From Takakia lepidozioides (taxonomy: Eukaryota > Plantae > Bryophyta): a stretch of 64,000 bases of DNA. Numbering within the stretch: position 1 is the first letter of the stretch; every line of letters starts with the position of its first letter. Location: NCBI GenBank assembly GCA_030704615.1, contig CM060732.1, positions 69,998,001 to 70,062,000 of the forward strand, read 5' to 3'. Below, in pieces: positions 50,715 to 63,700 of the stretch. The position numbers and the translations under genes were made by a program. Under the pieces are notes generated by a model that ran no database searches, had not been told where the DNA came from, and worked only from the letters and a program-made list of their open reading frames with translations.

Positions 50715-51960
50715 CATGTAGGATTAGGGTTAGGGTAGGTTCTTTCCGTCTAAGGTATTTGGGGAGAGGGGGGGTATGAACATACTTAAGTTGATTTGGG
50801 TCAATTGTGGCTAGTTACTGGGAGACGCAGGAGAGGGTGGGAGGTATTGGGTGTGAGTTGCTGTGTGAGGATGAGGATTGTGGTGGTGGAGGGGGAGGAG
50901 TGAGCTGCAAATCGTGCCCAGTGGAGGGCTTCGTGAGCAAGGGGGCCAAGAGGGGGGTGGGCAAAGCCCCTGCCCTCCCAAAAGTGTTGTGTGGCTCCAA
51001 AAATACAGTCTCGATGATGTGGGCTGGAAAATGCGTTTAGTTCCATTGGACATGTCAGTGGGCTGGAATAATACGAGTGAGTTAGCTGGAAGGTGTTGAT
51101 AAGTAAGGTAAGAATATCTTGTGGTATTGTGTGATGTGCGCATGCCGTTTCGAGTTTGGCGAGGGAGCGCGGTTTCTTGGGCGGTGTGTCTTTGAGGTAT
51201 CGGTCAACAACCCAGCATATTTCGGTGGCAAAGTCTTGTTTTGGAGGTTGTAAGGAGTGTAAGTGTGTGTTTGTAGCAGAGTATTTTTCCCAAAGCCATG
51301 CGAGTCGGTTATTGGGAATGATCCCCATGAAGCGACCATGGGGAGCGTAAATATTGAAAAAGGTGGGGGCCTATGTGTATAAGTGGTTGGTTATGCTTGA
51401 CATCTTTGTCTGGATTGCATTCCGTTATGCAGATATGCACGTTGGGGGCAAAGATCGGTTGGTGGACGTACCGGGTGTCTGTGGGTTGAGTGGGGGTGGT
51501 GTGTTGATGATGAATATGTGCTAGGTAGTCGGTGTTGGTGTGTTTGTGGAAGGTGGTGAGAAGAGCCAGGTTATGGTCTGGGTCACAATCATCATGGGGG
51601 CCGAATAGGTCATCCTCTATTTGCCATGTGTTGTCTTCTAGGGAATACCCGGCCCATTTGCAATGGTAATATGTATCTAAGCAGGTGGCGCCAAAGGCGT
51701 CGATTGACGTTTGGGTTTTTACCCCTAATATAGCTTCGATGATATAAGCATTGGTGTTGTCTGAGTTTTGGGGGGGGGGAGTGGGTTTTTGCAATATTCG
51801 GGGAGGAGTCGGTGGGAGGGGCTGGTATATCAGATGGGGGGACTGATGCTATGTATGGGCTGCTATCAGGTTCAGCATGGGCCATATGAGGCGGTTAAGG
51901 GTAAGGGTCGGTTTCTGTGGCAGGGGGGGTTTTTGCTGCATATAGTGTTTTGAGTGGTAC
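50715..51960 (-). mobile_element. Internal fragment of a non-LTR retrotransposon with a chromodomain and a PCIF1-like methyltransferase-like segment
   Basis: Chromodomain YIIEAIL...YYHCKWAGYSLEDNTW, then FQLTHSYYSSPLTC...FSSPHHRDCIFGA...WEGRGFAHPP. Same strand and C/A-rich composition as 26040-26790. Confidence 0.55.
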
Positions 51961-52279
51961 ACCATCTGTTTTTTTTTTGTTTTTTTTTGTTTTTTTTGTT
52001 TTTTTCCTTCCAAATACGACTCTCCTCATGATACGTCCGACGCACTTTGTGCATGGTGGATTTTTTCCCCTCATCAAAATCCTCTACCACTCCTGCCCTG
52101 AAGAATCCTCCAATACAACAGACATTGTTGGGATGTTGGGTAGGGTGTGTTTGTTATCTACATGACATGCATACACCAGGGAGGACAATAAGGTTCTCTT
52201 GATCAATCGAGTAGTGTTGTAATTTCAAAGAATGTGATACTGTCACTTCTAACAGCCAGGTCCATTTCATGTGGCACAT

Positions 52280-52909
52280 GATGCTAGTCTATGAGTATGT
52301 GGACAATGGCAATTTGGAGCAGTGGCTGCACGGACCTTTGTCACAGTCAACTACACTCTCATGGGAGGCCCGTATGAGGATTGTCATGGGAACTGCAAAG
52401 GGGTGAGAAGAGTCTACCTGCATGCATATTGTTTATCCCAGTTGAGCCAGAGATGTCATGATAGTATATGACCAACAACCATGCAGCCTCCCCAAATTTA
52501 GGCTTGTATCCTGGCTTTCCGCTTGACCACTGTCCCCCCTCTTCTGCAAGTCTCATGTTCAATACTCGCGTAAGTCCATGTTGATTAAAGGTAGCTTCCT
52601 GGATCCCATGCAATCCTTTGACATTGATCGAATTGGGGTGACTCAGGCAGTTAGAGAGATGCTTCTTCGATCAAAAGGGTGAATAGGTATTGGGAGGGGA
52701 AAAGAGAGAGATCTGACTTCAAGAAAGCCATGCTGCAGGTTAGCATATTTGCACGAGGCACTGGAGCCAAAGGTGGTGCATCGTGATGTCAAATCGAGCA
52801 ACATCCTGGTGGATTCTCAATGGAATGCTAAGGTGTCGGATTTTGGGCTGGCGAAGCTTCTGGGCTCAAGGAAGAGCCATGTTACGACCCGTGTCATGGG
52901 CACATTTGG
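52280..52909 (+). pseudogene. Two-exon fragment of a receptor-like (cytoplasmic) kinase; exons 52280-52402, 52739-52909
   Basis: [18 protein letters not shown]...GTAKG|[21 protein letters not shown]...DFGLAK...VMGTFG. The first acceptor reads AT instead of AG, and flanking exons are absent. Confidence 0.85.
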
Positions 52910-54039
52910 GTTTGTCTTTTGCACCTTGTTCCTTCAGTATTTTGTGGAAAATGAGCCGGCATTTGATAAGCATGTTTTGGAGTGATCATTCTCTTTCTTT
53001 TCATGTCATGGTATTGTGTCATTGTGCCATGTTTGGTTCACATATTTGATTGATTTGCCTTGTACGTTACGTAGTAACGACCTTCACAAGCTCAGTCGCA
53101 ATTACGAATATGACTAAGGCATAAGGCGCTCCAATCATCCATCAGGCCGCGGGGCACGAGTTATCACCCGACACCCAGGAAGCAGAATATTCTGGTTCAA
53201 CCTCAAAACATGGCGTGGTTCAATATATCATCCATTTTATCTCATTCAACTCTTTACTAAACGTTGAGTGAACAGTGGAAGTTGCTTTATGAGCCAAATA
53301 TAAACTGCTTTTTCTCCCGAAGTTTATACATAATGTTTCTTCATTGCTCATATTATATATTAATTGTCAAGTTAAATAAGCACAGTGTGAAAACAGCTAG
53401 CATAAAACTAGTTATTTGTATTTAACACTTGGATTTAGGTCAAGTGTTAAATCAGGTGTCAAGTTTAGTTTGACACCTGGTCCGTCTTATCTTCACGAGA
53501 GCGGCAGTCGCGCAGCTCATCTCTCTCGAGTTGAGCCTGCGCGACCGAGCTCCTGCATTCTTCATATCTGAGTGTGCTTATGATGGGAGTGTAGGTTGTT
53601 GTGGGGTGGAGTCCCCATAGCTTGGGGTGCCCCTGGCTCGACTATTATCTTAAAGAGTGATGTTGAGGGATTGCATATTTCTTGTGTTGAGAGTGTGTGT
53701 CCTTATCTAGTTTTGGTTATCACTCGAGAGAGATGAGCACTATCTAGTTTTCCAGTGCTAAGCTAGATATGATGTTTTTGTTTTTTTAAGCACTATTATA
53801 ATATAGATGGTCATGGTCTTGTACGCAGCTCAAGCAAGGAGCATAGAACGGCTCTAGCTTGAGTTCATCTCACATCTCCAGTCGCAATGGTGTGGTAGAA
53901 GAGAGAGTAATGGTGGTCTGCCCATATTTCTGTTGGCATTGGCGAGGTGTGCTTCCACTGTAAGGGCGTCGCCGGCTGCGGAGGATATGTCGATGGCAGC
54001 TAGTGGTGTGATGGCAAGGCCCAGAGGGAGTGGGGCGCT

Positions 54040-54495
54040 ATGTTGAGGACGGCTGGATGCAGGCTCTCACGGTTGGTTGCATCCAGGCGTGTACCATGTG
54101 TGCCTCCACCGACATTGCTGTGTAACCCGCAACTGCAAGCGGAGTAATCAGAACATCGGGGTCTCTCATATGCGCGGTGGTTGCATCGTAGTCGTGATTT
54201 GGCAAGTGCAGGAGGCAGCTCGGGCGATTTTGGAATTGCAACAGGAGTTGAGCTGGAGGAGTTGGAAGCGGAGCGCTCGGGTGGGAAGCGCTTTGATCTG
54301 GATCCGCCTCGTGGTCCCTTTGGAACCAAGGATGCCCCTGCAATTGTGGAGTCACACTATGATGAGCGGATAGTTGGGTGCTCAGGAGGTGTTGGTGAGG
54401 ATGAGCATGATGTGACATGGTTCAAGCTGGAGAAGGACAAATAGTATGAATGCTCAGTCTGCAGCCAAGTCTTTCAGTTGAAGGTGATAGGAGAG
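54040..54495 (+). pseudogene. COX5B: Intronless cytochrome c oxidase subunit 5b copy
   Basis: IATGVELEELEAE...GPFGTKDAPAIVESHYDERIVGC.GG.GEDEHDVTWFKLEKDK*YECSVCSQVF, with an in-frame stop. Confidence 0.8.
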
Positions 54496-55371
54496 GGTGG
54501 TCTTCTAGGGCATGAGCATCATCATCACTAGGAGTGAGTATTGACTGCTGGAACTGCATGAGCAGAAAGGTTTGCACACTCAACTGAGTCAGTGGAGGGC
54601 GCTCAATGTCCGCTTGAGAGCACTCCTGTTGCCGGTGGGTTCACTCTCTAAATTTTGAGGGACTTCACTCTCTGGACGCTGAATGTTGCGCTGAAGTGGG
54701 AGAGGGCAGCAGAAACACGGTCCCCCTTCGCACAATGTTTCGACCTCTCTGGCTTTGACCTTTTGACATGAGCAGTTCTCCGCCCTTATTTTTCCTCGCT
54801 CTTTCCCTGTGTTCTCTTCTCCTTTCGTCACCACTACTGCCTCAATCAGAGGTGGCGACCATTCTGCCGTTTAAGTGTCCAGGAAACTGATGACATCAAG
54901 GAAGCTACCAGCTTGTTCCTGAAGACGAAGGGGTCGAATGTCACTGTTCTGGCTGGCACAGGAGCATGTGACCTGCCCATAGGGACCTGGGTGCCTGAAA
55001 CAAGTGAAGTGGCTGGAGGATGGAGCATGGCATCAGGAGATGGAAAGAGAGCAGTGAAGGGGTTTCTACACGATAAGGATCTGCAACTGGTTGCAGCCCA
55101 GCATGCGCTAGCTAGGACCATGACCTGAAGCAGCTGCTAAGTCGCTGGGAGGTCCGTGAAGCTGAACTTGCCCAAATGCGGGAGGTTGTCATGGAGGGAG
55201 CTAAGACAGTCAGTGTACTGCAGCTGCCTTGGTGGGGAAAGTGAATGCGAGACTGGCAGCTCAACTGGGCATTGGGATAGATTTTGCTTGGTGATGAGAT
55301 CGTAACTCAGCAGCAGGCTGATTGGAGTTAAAGAGGTTTGGTCATGTCAGTGTCCGAGCAGCCAGTGAATT

Positions 55372-55788
55372 TTGGGCCAGGTTTTTGAAGGTCTGGCTGA
55401 GCATGTAACCCAAGTGTCGGGCAATGGAGGCAATAGGAACGGTGGTGAGGGAGGACAGGAAGAGGGAAGTGGTGACGGAAAGATGAAGCTGTCTATGTCG
55501 CAGAAGCTGACCTTGGCGTATGCAGTCCTTGTTGGTCTGGGAGGAGTGATCGGATTTGCAAAATCTGGGAGCAGCAAGTCATTGCTGTCAGGGGGAGGGT
55601 CAGCTCTGATCCTCTATTATGTCTATCTGAACCTGCCCTCGAACCCTGTCCTTGCGTCCTCTATCGGTGTTGCTGTTTCAGGGCTTCTCTTGTTTGTGAT
55701 GGGCTCTCGATACAAAAATTCAGGAAAGGTGTTTCCAGCTGGTGTTGTGTCACTTGTCTCTTTGATTATGGCAGGGGCAGGAAGCTAG
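55372..55788 (+). pseudogene. TMEM14 / plastid fatty-acid-export (FAX2-like) copy, C-terminally truncated
   Basis: MSQKLTLAYAVLVGLGGVIGFAKSGSSKSLLSG...MGSRYKNSGKVFPAGVVSLVS, preceded by a Gly-rich linker. Confidence 0.8.
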
Positions 55789-56484
55789 TAGGTATAGGAG
55801 CTGACGATAGACTGAGCTGCTGTGTAGCAGCTATTCCCCGCTCAGTGTCCAGAGGGGATGCTGTGGCCTCCGAACTGCGCAAGTACTTGTCTCTGATCTC
55901 TGGGTGTCGTCAATGGTGTCTCCTTGCTGATTTTGATCTCTATTAAGAGAGTGTATATCAAGTGCACAGGGGACTCGTCTCTCGAGGGTTCACTGGGAAG
56001 GATCGCTTCACGAACTCCATCGTCACCACGGTTTGTGGTAGAAGACGGTTGGGATTCCAAAGCATGGTGAGCTGTTGAACTCAAATGAAATGGAGGGGAA
56101 CAGCAGGCACGTGGCCAGGGAACCTAGGATGCCATATAGAACTTAGGGAACCGGGAACCAGTTACCAGATATTTTGGGTGTAACTTTGAATTTTTAAAAC
56201 TTGAAAACCTTTTTAAAAAAAAAAACCCCTTTTTAATCTAATTTGAATGAGTTGGAGCCAAATTCATCATATCTTTGTCAAATGGACTCTGTTTGACCCA
56301 GTTTTTGGGGGGATAGCTGCAGAAAGGGGAAATCTACCTATCTAAACCTGGTTTCTGTTTTGGGGACTCTGCTAAAAATCTATGGAATTTTTAGAGTGTG
56401 AGTGTGCCATGAAAGATCCACAATACTGTCTCTAGAACCTGTGCTGGTCTATATGAGAGACAAATTGGTGGATGTACTCCATGC

Positions 56485-57234
56485 ATGGCTGGGGGAAATG
56501 AGGACGTAATTGAAGGGCAGGTCTCTTCTTTTAGTCTGTGCACACAAGGGGACACGATTTATGTTTCCCAAGGAACTCAGACTGATTTGAGTGGAGAACA
56601 GTTGGACGAGTTGATTGCATACTGGGAGTCAGGCATTAGCAGTAGACAACAGACTGCTGTAGTTGGCATTGAGGGCCTCAATATCGCCTTGGACAGTCAG
56701 AACTCTGTTGGAGCCAGCAGTTCTGCAGCTGTAGGTGAAATACCAAAGTGGGTGAAAGCTAGGCTTGGAACACAGCCAAAGACAGCTCCGGGGACCAAGG
56801 TGTTCAGTCACAAGGCCGTGGTGTACTGGAGCAGAGGAGCAGGAGCTACACAAGTTTGTGCAATCAGACATGGTTGCAGCCGGATACGCTCTGCACAGGG
56901 CAACCACGAGCGGGGGTTCATCAGCAATGACATGTTTGTTGTGCGTGAAGGAGATGCAGTCATTCGCAATGAGGACACCCGCAACCGTCTCAAAGCTTTT
57001 GAGTTGAGAGACTATCAGACCCTACCTTTGTTTTCTTTAGTGTTCAGTGAGCGGGAGATAGGGGAGTATTGCTTTGTCTCTACCTGGCAGAAAGAGGAGG
57101 AGGGTTGGTTAGAGCGAGCTACTGTAGCTTGGGACAAGGTTAGTGGCAGGTTTCTGGACATAGATATACCTCCTACACCTTACCATCATGCAGAGCGAGG
57201 CACTTTGAGAGAAGTCTGGCAGTTGATAGCATAG
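56485..57234 (+). CDS. Hypothetical 249-aa ORF upstream of gag
   Basis: ATG-initiated uninterrupted ORF with no domain recognised. Confidence 0.35.
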   Translation: MAGGNEDVIEGQVSSFSLCTQGDTIYVSQGTQTDLSGEQLDELIAYWESGISSRQQTAVVGIEGLNIALDSQNSVGASSSAAVGEIPKWVKARLGTQPKTAPGTKVFSHKAVVYWSRGAGATQVCAIRHGCSRIRSAQGNHERGFISNDMFVVREGDAVIRNEDTRNRLKAFELRDYQTLPLFSLVFSEREIGEYCFVSTWQKEEEGWLERATVAWDKVSGRFLDIDIPPTPYHHAERGTLREVWQLIA

Positions 57235-57728
57235 ATCAGGATTAGATCTTGCTTGGTCGGGCTTCTATTCTTCCCCTCCATCTCTGTACTATTTTCATTA
57301 CCTTGTACTTGTAGTTGCCAAAGCCTCTCTTGGTGGAGGCCAGTCAGTCCGGGGTTTTGGGCTGGGATATTCTGCAGGATCAGCGTTGCTGCTGGATTTT
57401 GGTGTGGGGGTGTTGATGTTTTGATTTCTTGTGTTTGGATCCCCCCCAACACCTGCATGCTTGACTGTGCGCCATGTTGGTTTTGTGTGGGCGCTTGCTT
57501 TCATAGGGATTAGGCCGGATTTGATCACCGGTCAATCCTAGAGTATGCTGTCGGTGGTGAGGCTGGAGTGATGACCAGCAAGACCACCAGTGTTTCTTCT
57601 ACGGTGAGGCTGGGTTGATGACCAGCCAACCATAGGAGTTCTTGCGGTGGATGCAGGTGCAGGTGCCCTGAGCCATTGGGATATGACCCTTAGACTGCAA
57701 CAGGTGCCCACCCGTGTCACTATTAGAT

Positions 57729-60700
57729 TAGTACTAGAGCCTTATAGTGTCACGTGGAGGAGGTGCACATTGTGAGTGTCATTACGGAGTTACCCAAGGG
57801 TTTTGAGGGGAGTACGGCTACAAGCAGTGACAGTGAGAGTGGGGTCACAAGACGAGGTATTCGGTTCAGACCACCTTCACCGCCACCCTCAACTACTGTA
57901 GCGTCAGACACAGACTCGGAGGCTTCATCAACAGGTGTGCACTTTCATTCGCCATTGTTGTGGGACGACATGGAGGTGATGTATGGAGCTACCAAGGGGC
58001 CTCGTAGGTACTCTGGAGCTGTGGGCACAATCGAGTTGGATGACTTTATCCAGGAGTTCGACAGCTGGTGTGATTTGCAGCAGATGCGCAATCCACAGCT
58101 ATTCACCCCATTCATGGCGTGGAAGGGACTGTTCCAGCATTTGGAAGGCCCGCCTATGGACGATTACCACGAGTTCAGGCGAGGACATGAAGCAGAGATT
58201 GAGGAGTGGAGGATGTATTGGTCACCTGACTACGTCTCCATTACTCGAGGCACGACGCGACCAGTAGCTGCATCAGTACCAATAGCTTCCACTGCCAGCA
58301 CTAGTAGTGGAGCAAGTAGCGCTGGTACTTCTGAAGGTGGTACCAGTTCAAAAGGTGCTACTACTTCTCCTGCCACGACTACAACACATTTGCCAAGATT
58401 CAACCCGGTGGTGGAGTTCTTCCAGGAGTTGCGGAGGAACTACCAAGGTGTACGGACAGAGAAGCTGCGAAGTTTGCAAGACTTCCAGCGCAAACCCAGT
58501 GAGAGCCTGCGAGAGGCGTACACTCGTATGAGGCGCTTGATAAGTGTGACCCAAGGGGTTACTGAAGCTCAGGCAATCCAGTTTTGGTATGGAATTCTGG
58601 ACAAGGAGCTCAAGAGAAGGGTGCGAGATGCAACCCTGTTACAAGCAGCCCAACCCACATTAGCAGATGTGTTTCTGCTGGCTGAGCGGATTGAGCTCAA
58701 CATGGTGGAGGAGCGAGTTGTTACAATTGGATTTGGTAAGGACATGCCTATACGGGGCACAGCTGTCAGCCCACAGGCACAAGGGACTGCCCAACAGCGT
58801 GGTCAGGGGGGCAAGGTTGCCCAGCCCAAGTTCCATGGAGCTTACAGGGGACCTCAGGTGCAGAGGCCCGTGGCATCTTTTGCAGGCCAACAGCAACCAG
58901 GGGTGATATGTTGGACATGTGGAGGACCCCATGTCAAAAGAGATTGCCCAGAGAATGGCAGAAGGCCGGCACAAGCACAGCCTGCACAGTTGCAGTGTGG
59001 GCATTGTGGCAAGTATGGGCATGTAGATGCCCAGTGTTATGACTTGCATCCTGAGTTGCGCCCAGGCCAGTTCCAAGGGAACAATGGTGGCCGGGGCGAG
59101 GTGGACCAGCCCAAAGAGGACGAGGTGGTCGGGCACGAGGTGCAGGCCAAGGGCAAGCTCCACATGGCCAAGGACGCGGAGGTCAGGGTGTTGACCAAGG
59201 CATGGCCAATCGGCTTCAGCAGCTAGAGCAGAGGCTCGCTGCCATGGCTATAGCTCAGGCGGTACCGGCTCCCAGGCGGGATGGTCCACCTCCTGCTCCT
59301 GAGGGAGGAGATATGGGAGGCATGGGATTCATGTGCGGAGCAGCACTACCACTAGAGCAGGTGGAGTCTGCTGCAGCCGTGACTCGAGGAGCAGCACGAG
59401 TTCCTGAGCCACGAGGTGCAGAGGTGGAGTTGGATCCACAACGTGGGGAGGCAAGCCGTCAGGCGAGGCTGCCTCAGTCATTCACCTTGGCGGAGACAGT
59501 GTCAACGCCATCCATGGCACCTAGTTCTCGCCCGACTGTTACCGAGGCGGAGGTTACTATGCCATTGGGGAGAGCTACACGTGCAGCACTGACACCTGCT
59601 ACCAAGGCTAGTGCAGCCGGTGTGTTATTGGGGGCAGCCACCTCTGTGTGTCAAGCCCCACTGTTCTCGGCAACCATGATTGCGACGCCGGGGGTGAGAC
59701 CAGCTGCAGTGTTCAGACTAGCAGCAACACTCTGTGAGAGTGGGGAGGTCACTTCATCTTCTGCGGAGTTAGTGGAAGGTATAGTGGCAGAGGGATCCTC
59801 GGATTTGAGGGTCAAGACTGCCACGGCTGCGCCATGGCAAGTTGCAGCTGCCAGGTTGACGGAGCTGCCAGCTAGGCCAGCCATTGAGCGCGCCATGGTG
59901 ACACCTGGAGTTGTCTTGTTAGACAACCAGGGAGGCATTTTCACTTTGAGTGGACCGGCAGGCAAGAAGTACCGGCCACTGCGGGTCTTGTTGGACTCAG
60001 GAGCTCAGCCACTGATGTTGGGCAGAGCTGCTATTGCAGGTTTGGGCCTCATGGAGGCGGATATGGAGCCTTGTCCTTTCCAGATACAGACATCTCTGGG
60101 AGGATCAGAGCAGGCTCGCGGCATGACACGGCATCAGTTGGCTATTAGACTGCAGCCGGATCATCCTGTAGATGGCTCAGTGATGCGAGCCAAGGCCATT
60201 GTGACAGACGGTCTCTTACGATGTCCTCGTTGGTGGGGCAGTGTTATACCCCATGGGCTTCACCCTGGATTTCTGGGAGGAGTCAGCATCCTACAGGCCT
60301 GGATGGCAGTCAGGGGATGGTCGCCGTGCACAGCTCCCTGTGACATTCATTGGGGGTATTGCAGCTGCCCAGCGGGGCAAGATGCCAACACTAGCCGCCT
60401 TCACAGCTGCCGTTAGTTGGCCTGGAGAGTTGCTGGAAGGCAATGCCCATGCAGAGGATGTGCCACCTCCAGCAGAGCAGGATGACATGCATGGTACGGC
60501 GGAGTTGCCTGCCATGGTTGCTCACACTCCGTTGTGGGGTACGAGCAAGGATTTGCAGCAAGTTGCTGATGGACGGGTGCAACAAGCTTGGGTAGAAGCT
60601 TTTGTACCGTCAGGAGAGGAGGAGAGTGCGGTGATTGCACCAGGGCCACCTCAGTTGTCGCCATTGGACACCACACCTCTTGTGTGGCAGCGGCCGGATG

Positions 60701-63700
60701 AAGGCATTTGCCTTCTGGACTTGTTTGGCGGGATCAGCACCGGATTGGCTGCTGTGCTACAGGCAGGTGTGCGAGTAAGGCGTTACCTGTATGTGGAGAG
60801 GGATGAGACTGCACGACGCGTCTCACTGCGCCATGTGGCTCAGTTGGTACAGCAGTACCCTGACTTGTTGCCTGTGTCTGCAGTTCGTGGATACCAACAA
60901 GCCTTGCCAGCAGACATTTCCTTGTTGGGGGCGCAAGATTTGGAGCAGGTTGGCTCCATTGATCTGATAGTGGCAGGTTGGCCCTGCCAAGGGCATTCAT
61001 CAGCCGGGCATGGCAATGGATTGCGAGACTCGAGGACGGGTCTGTTTTGGGAGATGGTGCGGATTTTGCGCCACTTGCAGCTTCATCAGGCTGTATCTCC
61101 GGCATACATCTTGGAGAATGTGCCACTGATGGGTGATTCTCGGGCCAGGGTGATGGCCAGTGTGCATCAAGTCCGGTCGTGGCTTGGGTCAGCAGTATTG
61201 CTGGATGCAGCTGCAGTGGGGTCACGGGCTCATCGTCCACGACTATGGTGGACTAACTTGATGCCACCCGCACTGCTCAAGCGTGCATTTGATGGGGTGC
61301 AGCGGCCAGCACACCTCACCGTGGATGGCATTTTGGACACAGGAAGGCAGTCTCAACGTGTGAGACACGATGACCGTTCGCCTTTGGCAGTGGTCAACAG
61401 GGTGGGTCAACCACGAGCAGCATTACCTACACTGCTCAGCTTCCCAGGATCCCATGCTTTTTGGGATGGTGGACCTGGCCTCCTGTGGGATGCTCAGTTG
61501 CAGCAGTTAGTGGAGCCTAATGCCGACGAGCGAGAGCGGGCTATGGGGTTTTCCACTGGGACCACGGCGGTGCCTTCCCTTTCTGAGGCATCACGTCGTC
61601 AGGTGTTGGGGCAAGCAATGGATCTCAATTGCTTGACCTGGATTGTCAGCTTGGCTATGGCTGAGCAACGTAGAGTGCGGAGTGCACTTCCCTTGATGGT
61701 CTCTCTGCCTACCGAGACGGTACAGGCAGCGAGTGGGGGCGAGCCGGTGAGGACCACGAGGTGTAGACATCCATGGCACATGTGGGAGGTGCTCGAGGTT
61801 CAGAGGGAGTTGGCAGCGAAGGCAGCTGTGATGGATGAGGAGGTTCTCAATGATGAGATGATGGGGCAGGATGAGGCCTTGTCATTGACTGAGCAGGAAG
61901 GGGGTACTGCTCAAGAGGTTGCAGCATAGCAACCACGGGACGCGTCCTCTACCTCTAAGCCCACTGGACTTAAGGTTGCAGTTACGGAGGACAATTGGGA
62001 GCCTGATATTGGACCCATTGTCACCGGAGGAGAGAGACGACGTATACGGCGGTTCCTGAGGGCTTACAGGAATTGCTTTGCCTTCAGTTTGAAGGACTTG
62101 GGAGCACTGAAGGGTCAAGAGATCCGTATTGAGTTGGCCACTGACACGCCAATCTTTCGGAGACCCTATAGATACAGTGACATGGAGAGGTCTTTGATTC
62201 AGATGAGGACTCAAGATCTCTGGGAGGCAGGTTTGGTGGAGCTCTCTGGTGGAGAGTATGCTTCAGCCACAGTGATGCCAGCTAAGAAGGATGTCTATGG
62301 CAATTGGACGGAGAGACGTATGTGCGGTGATTACCGGCCTGTAAATCGTCAGACCAAGTCCGATAGGTATGCCATGCCAACACCAGAGGAGATCTTTGAT
62401 GCCATTGGGCATTCCAAGGTCTTTAGCACGTTGGATTTACGATCCGGATATCACCAGTTGCCGATCAAGGAGGCGGATAAGCAAAAGACGGCATTCTGGG
62501 GGATCAATGAGCACGGGAAGGATTGCCTATACCAGTGGCGGTTCTTACCATTTGGGCTTAAAAACGCTCCCGCTGAGTTTCAAAGAGTCATGGACGGATT
62601 CTAGCAGGGGTGGAGTTTGCTCGGTGCTACATAGATGACATCATCATCTTTAGTGCTACGGTGGAGGAGCATGAGAGACACCTTCAGGGGGTATTTGAGC
62701 GCTTGAGGACGCACGGATTGAAGTTACATCCGGGCAAGTGCAAGTTTTTCCACAACCAGATTGAGTATCTGGGTCACATGATATATCCTGGAGGATTGGG
62801 GGTACAGCAGACTAAGGTAGAGTCCATTGCACAGGTTCCACGCCCCACGGATGTGAGCCGAGTTCGAGCTTTCATGGGGTTAGCAAACTATTACAGACGG
62901 TTTGTTAAGGGATTAGTGCCATTGCAAAGGCTCTAACCAAGCTGACCAAGGTGGACCAGGAGTGGCAGTGGGAAGATGAGCAAGAACAAGCTTTTCAAGA
63001 GCTCAAGGCGAGGTTGACCTCGGCGCCCATCTTGAGACGACCTATCAGGGGGCGTCCTTTTCAGCTGCATACAGATTGGAGCATGCTGGGGCTTGGAGCG
63101 GTGCTCACACAGGTGGATGATGAGGGAAGAGAGTTCGTAGTGCTTATGCTAGCCGCTCGAACAATGCTGCAGAGTCTAAGTATAGCTCATATGAGGGAGA
63201 ATGCTTAGCTGCAGTGTGGGCCGTGGCACACTTCAGGTGCTATTTATACGGCAATCTCTTCACCCTGTCACGGATCACCAACCACTCAAGTGGTTGATGG
63301 AGTCAGACAAGCTTACGGGGAAGCTTGCACGGTGGGCACTCATCCTCAAGAGTATGACTTTCAGGTGGTGCATCGACCGGGTTTGGTCAATCGAATGCAG
63401 ATGGGTTGAGTCGCAATCCATGCACGAGCCAGCAGGATGACACTGGAGCTCGGTGGCATGGTGAGACGGACGAGGAGATGGTGCCCGGATGGCATGCATC
63501 TGCATTTCTGTGTATCTTGGCAGCGGAAGGCCAGGTTGGACCTACAACAGGGATGACTGTAGATCAAGTGTCTGAGGACCCTGAGGCCAGCATGAGCAGG
63601 GTGGGCGCAAAGATATACATGAGATTCAGTTGTGTTGGACTACCTCCGCAGTGGAGACACGCAAGCCACTATGCTGCCAAGGAGAGGGATCGGATCCTAC

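Noticed and set aside
50340-50715. ACCACT/AGTGGT-rich segment as a defined MITE
   Set aside because: It is repetitive, but no convincing TIR/TSD pair could be located.
50722-50740. TTAGGG telomere-like motif
   Set aside because: Only two copies, compatible with chance.
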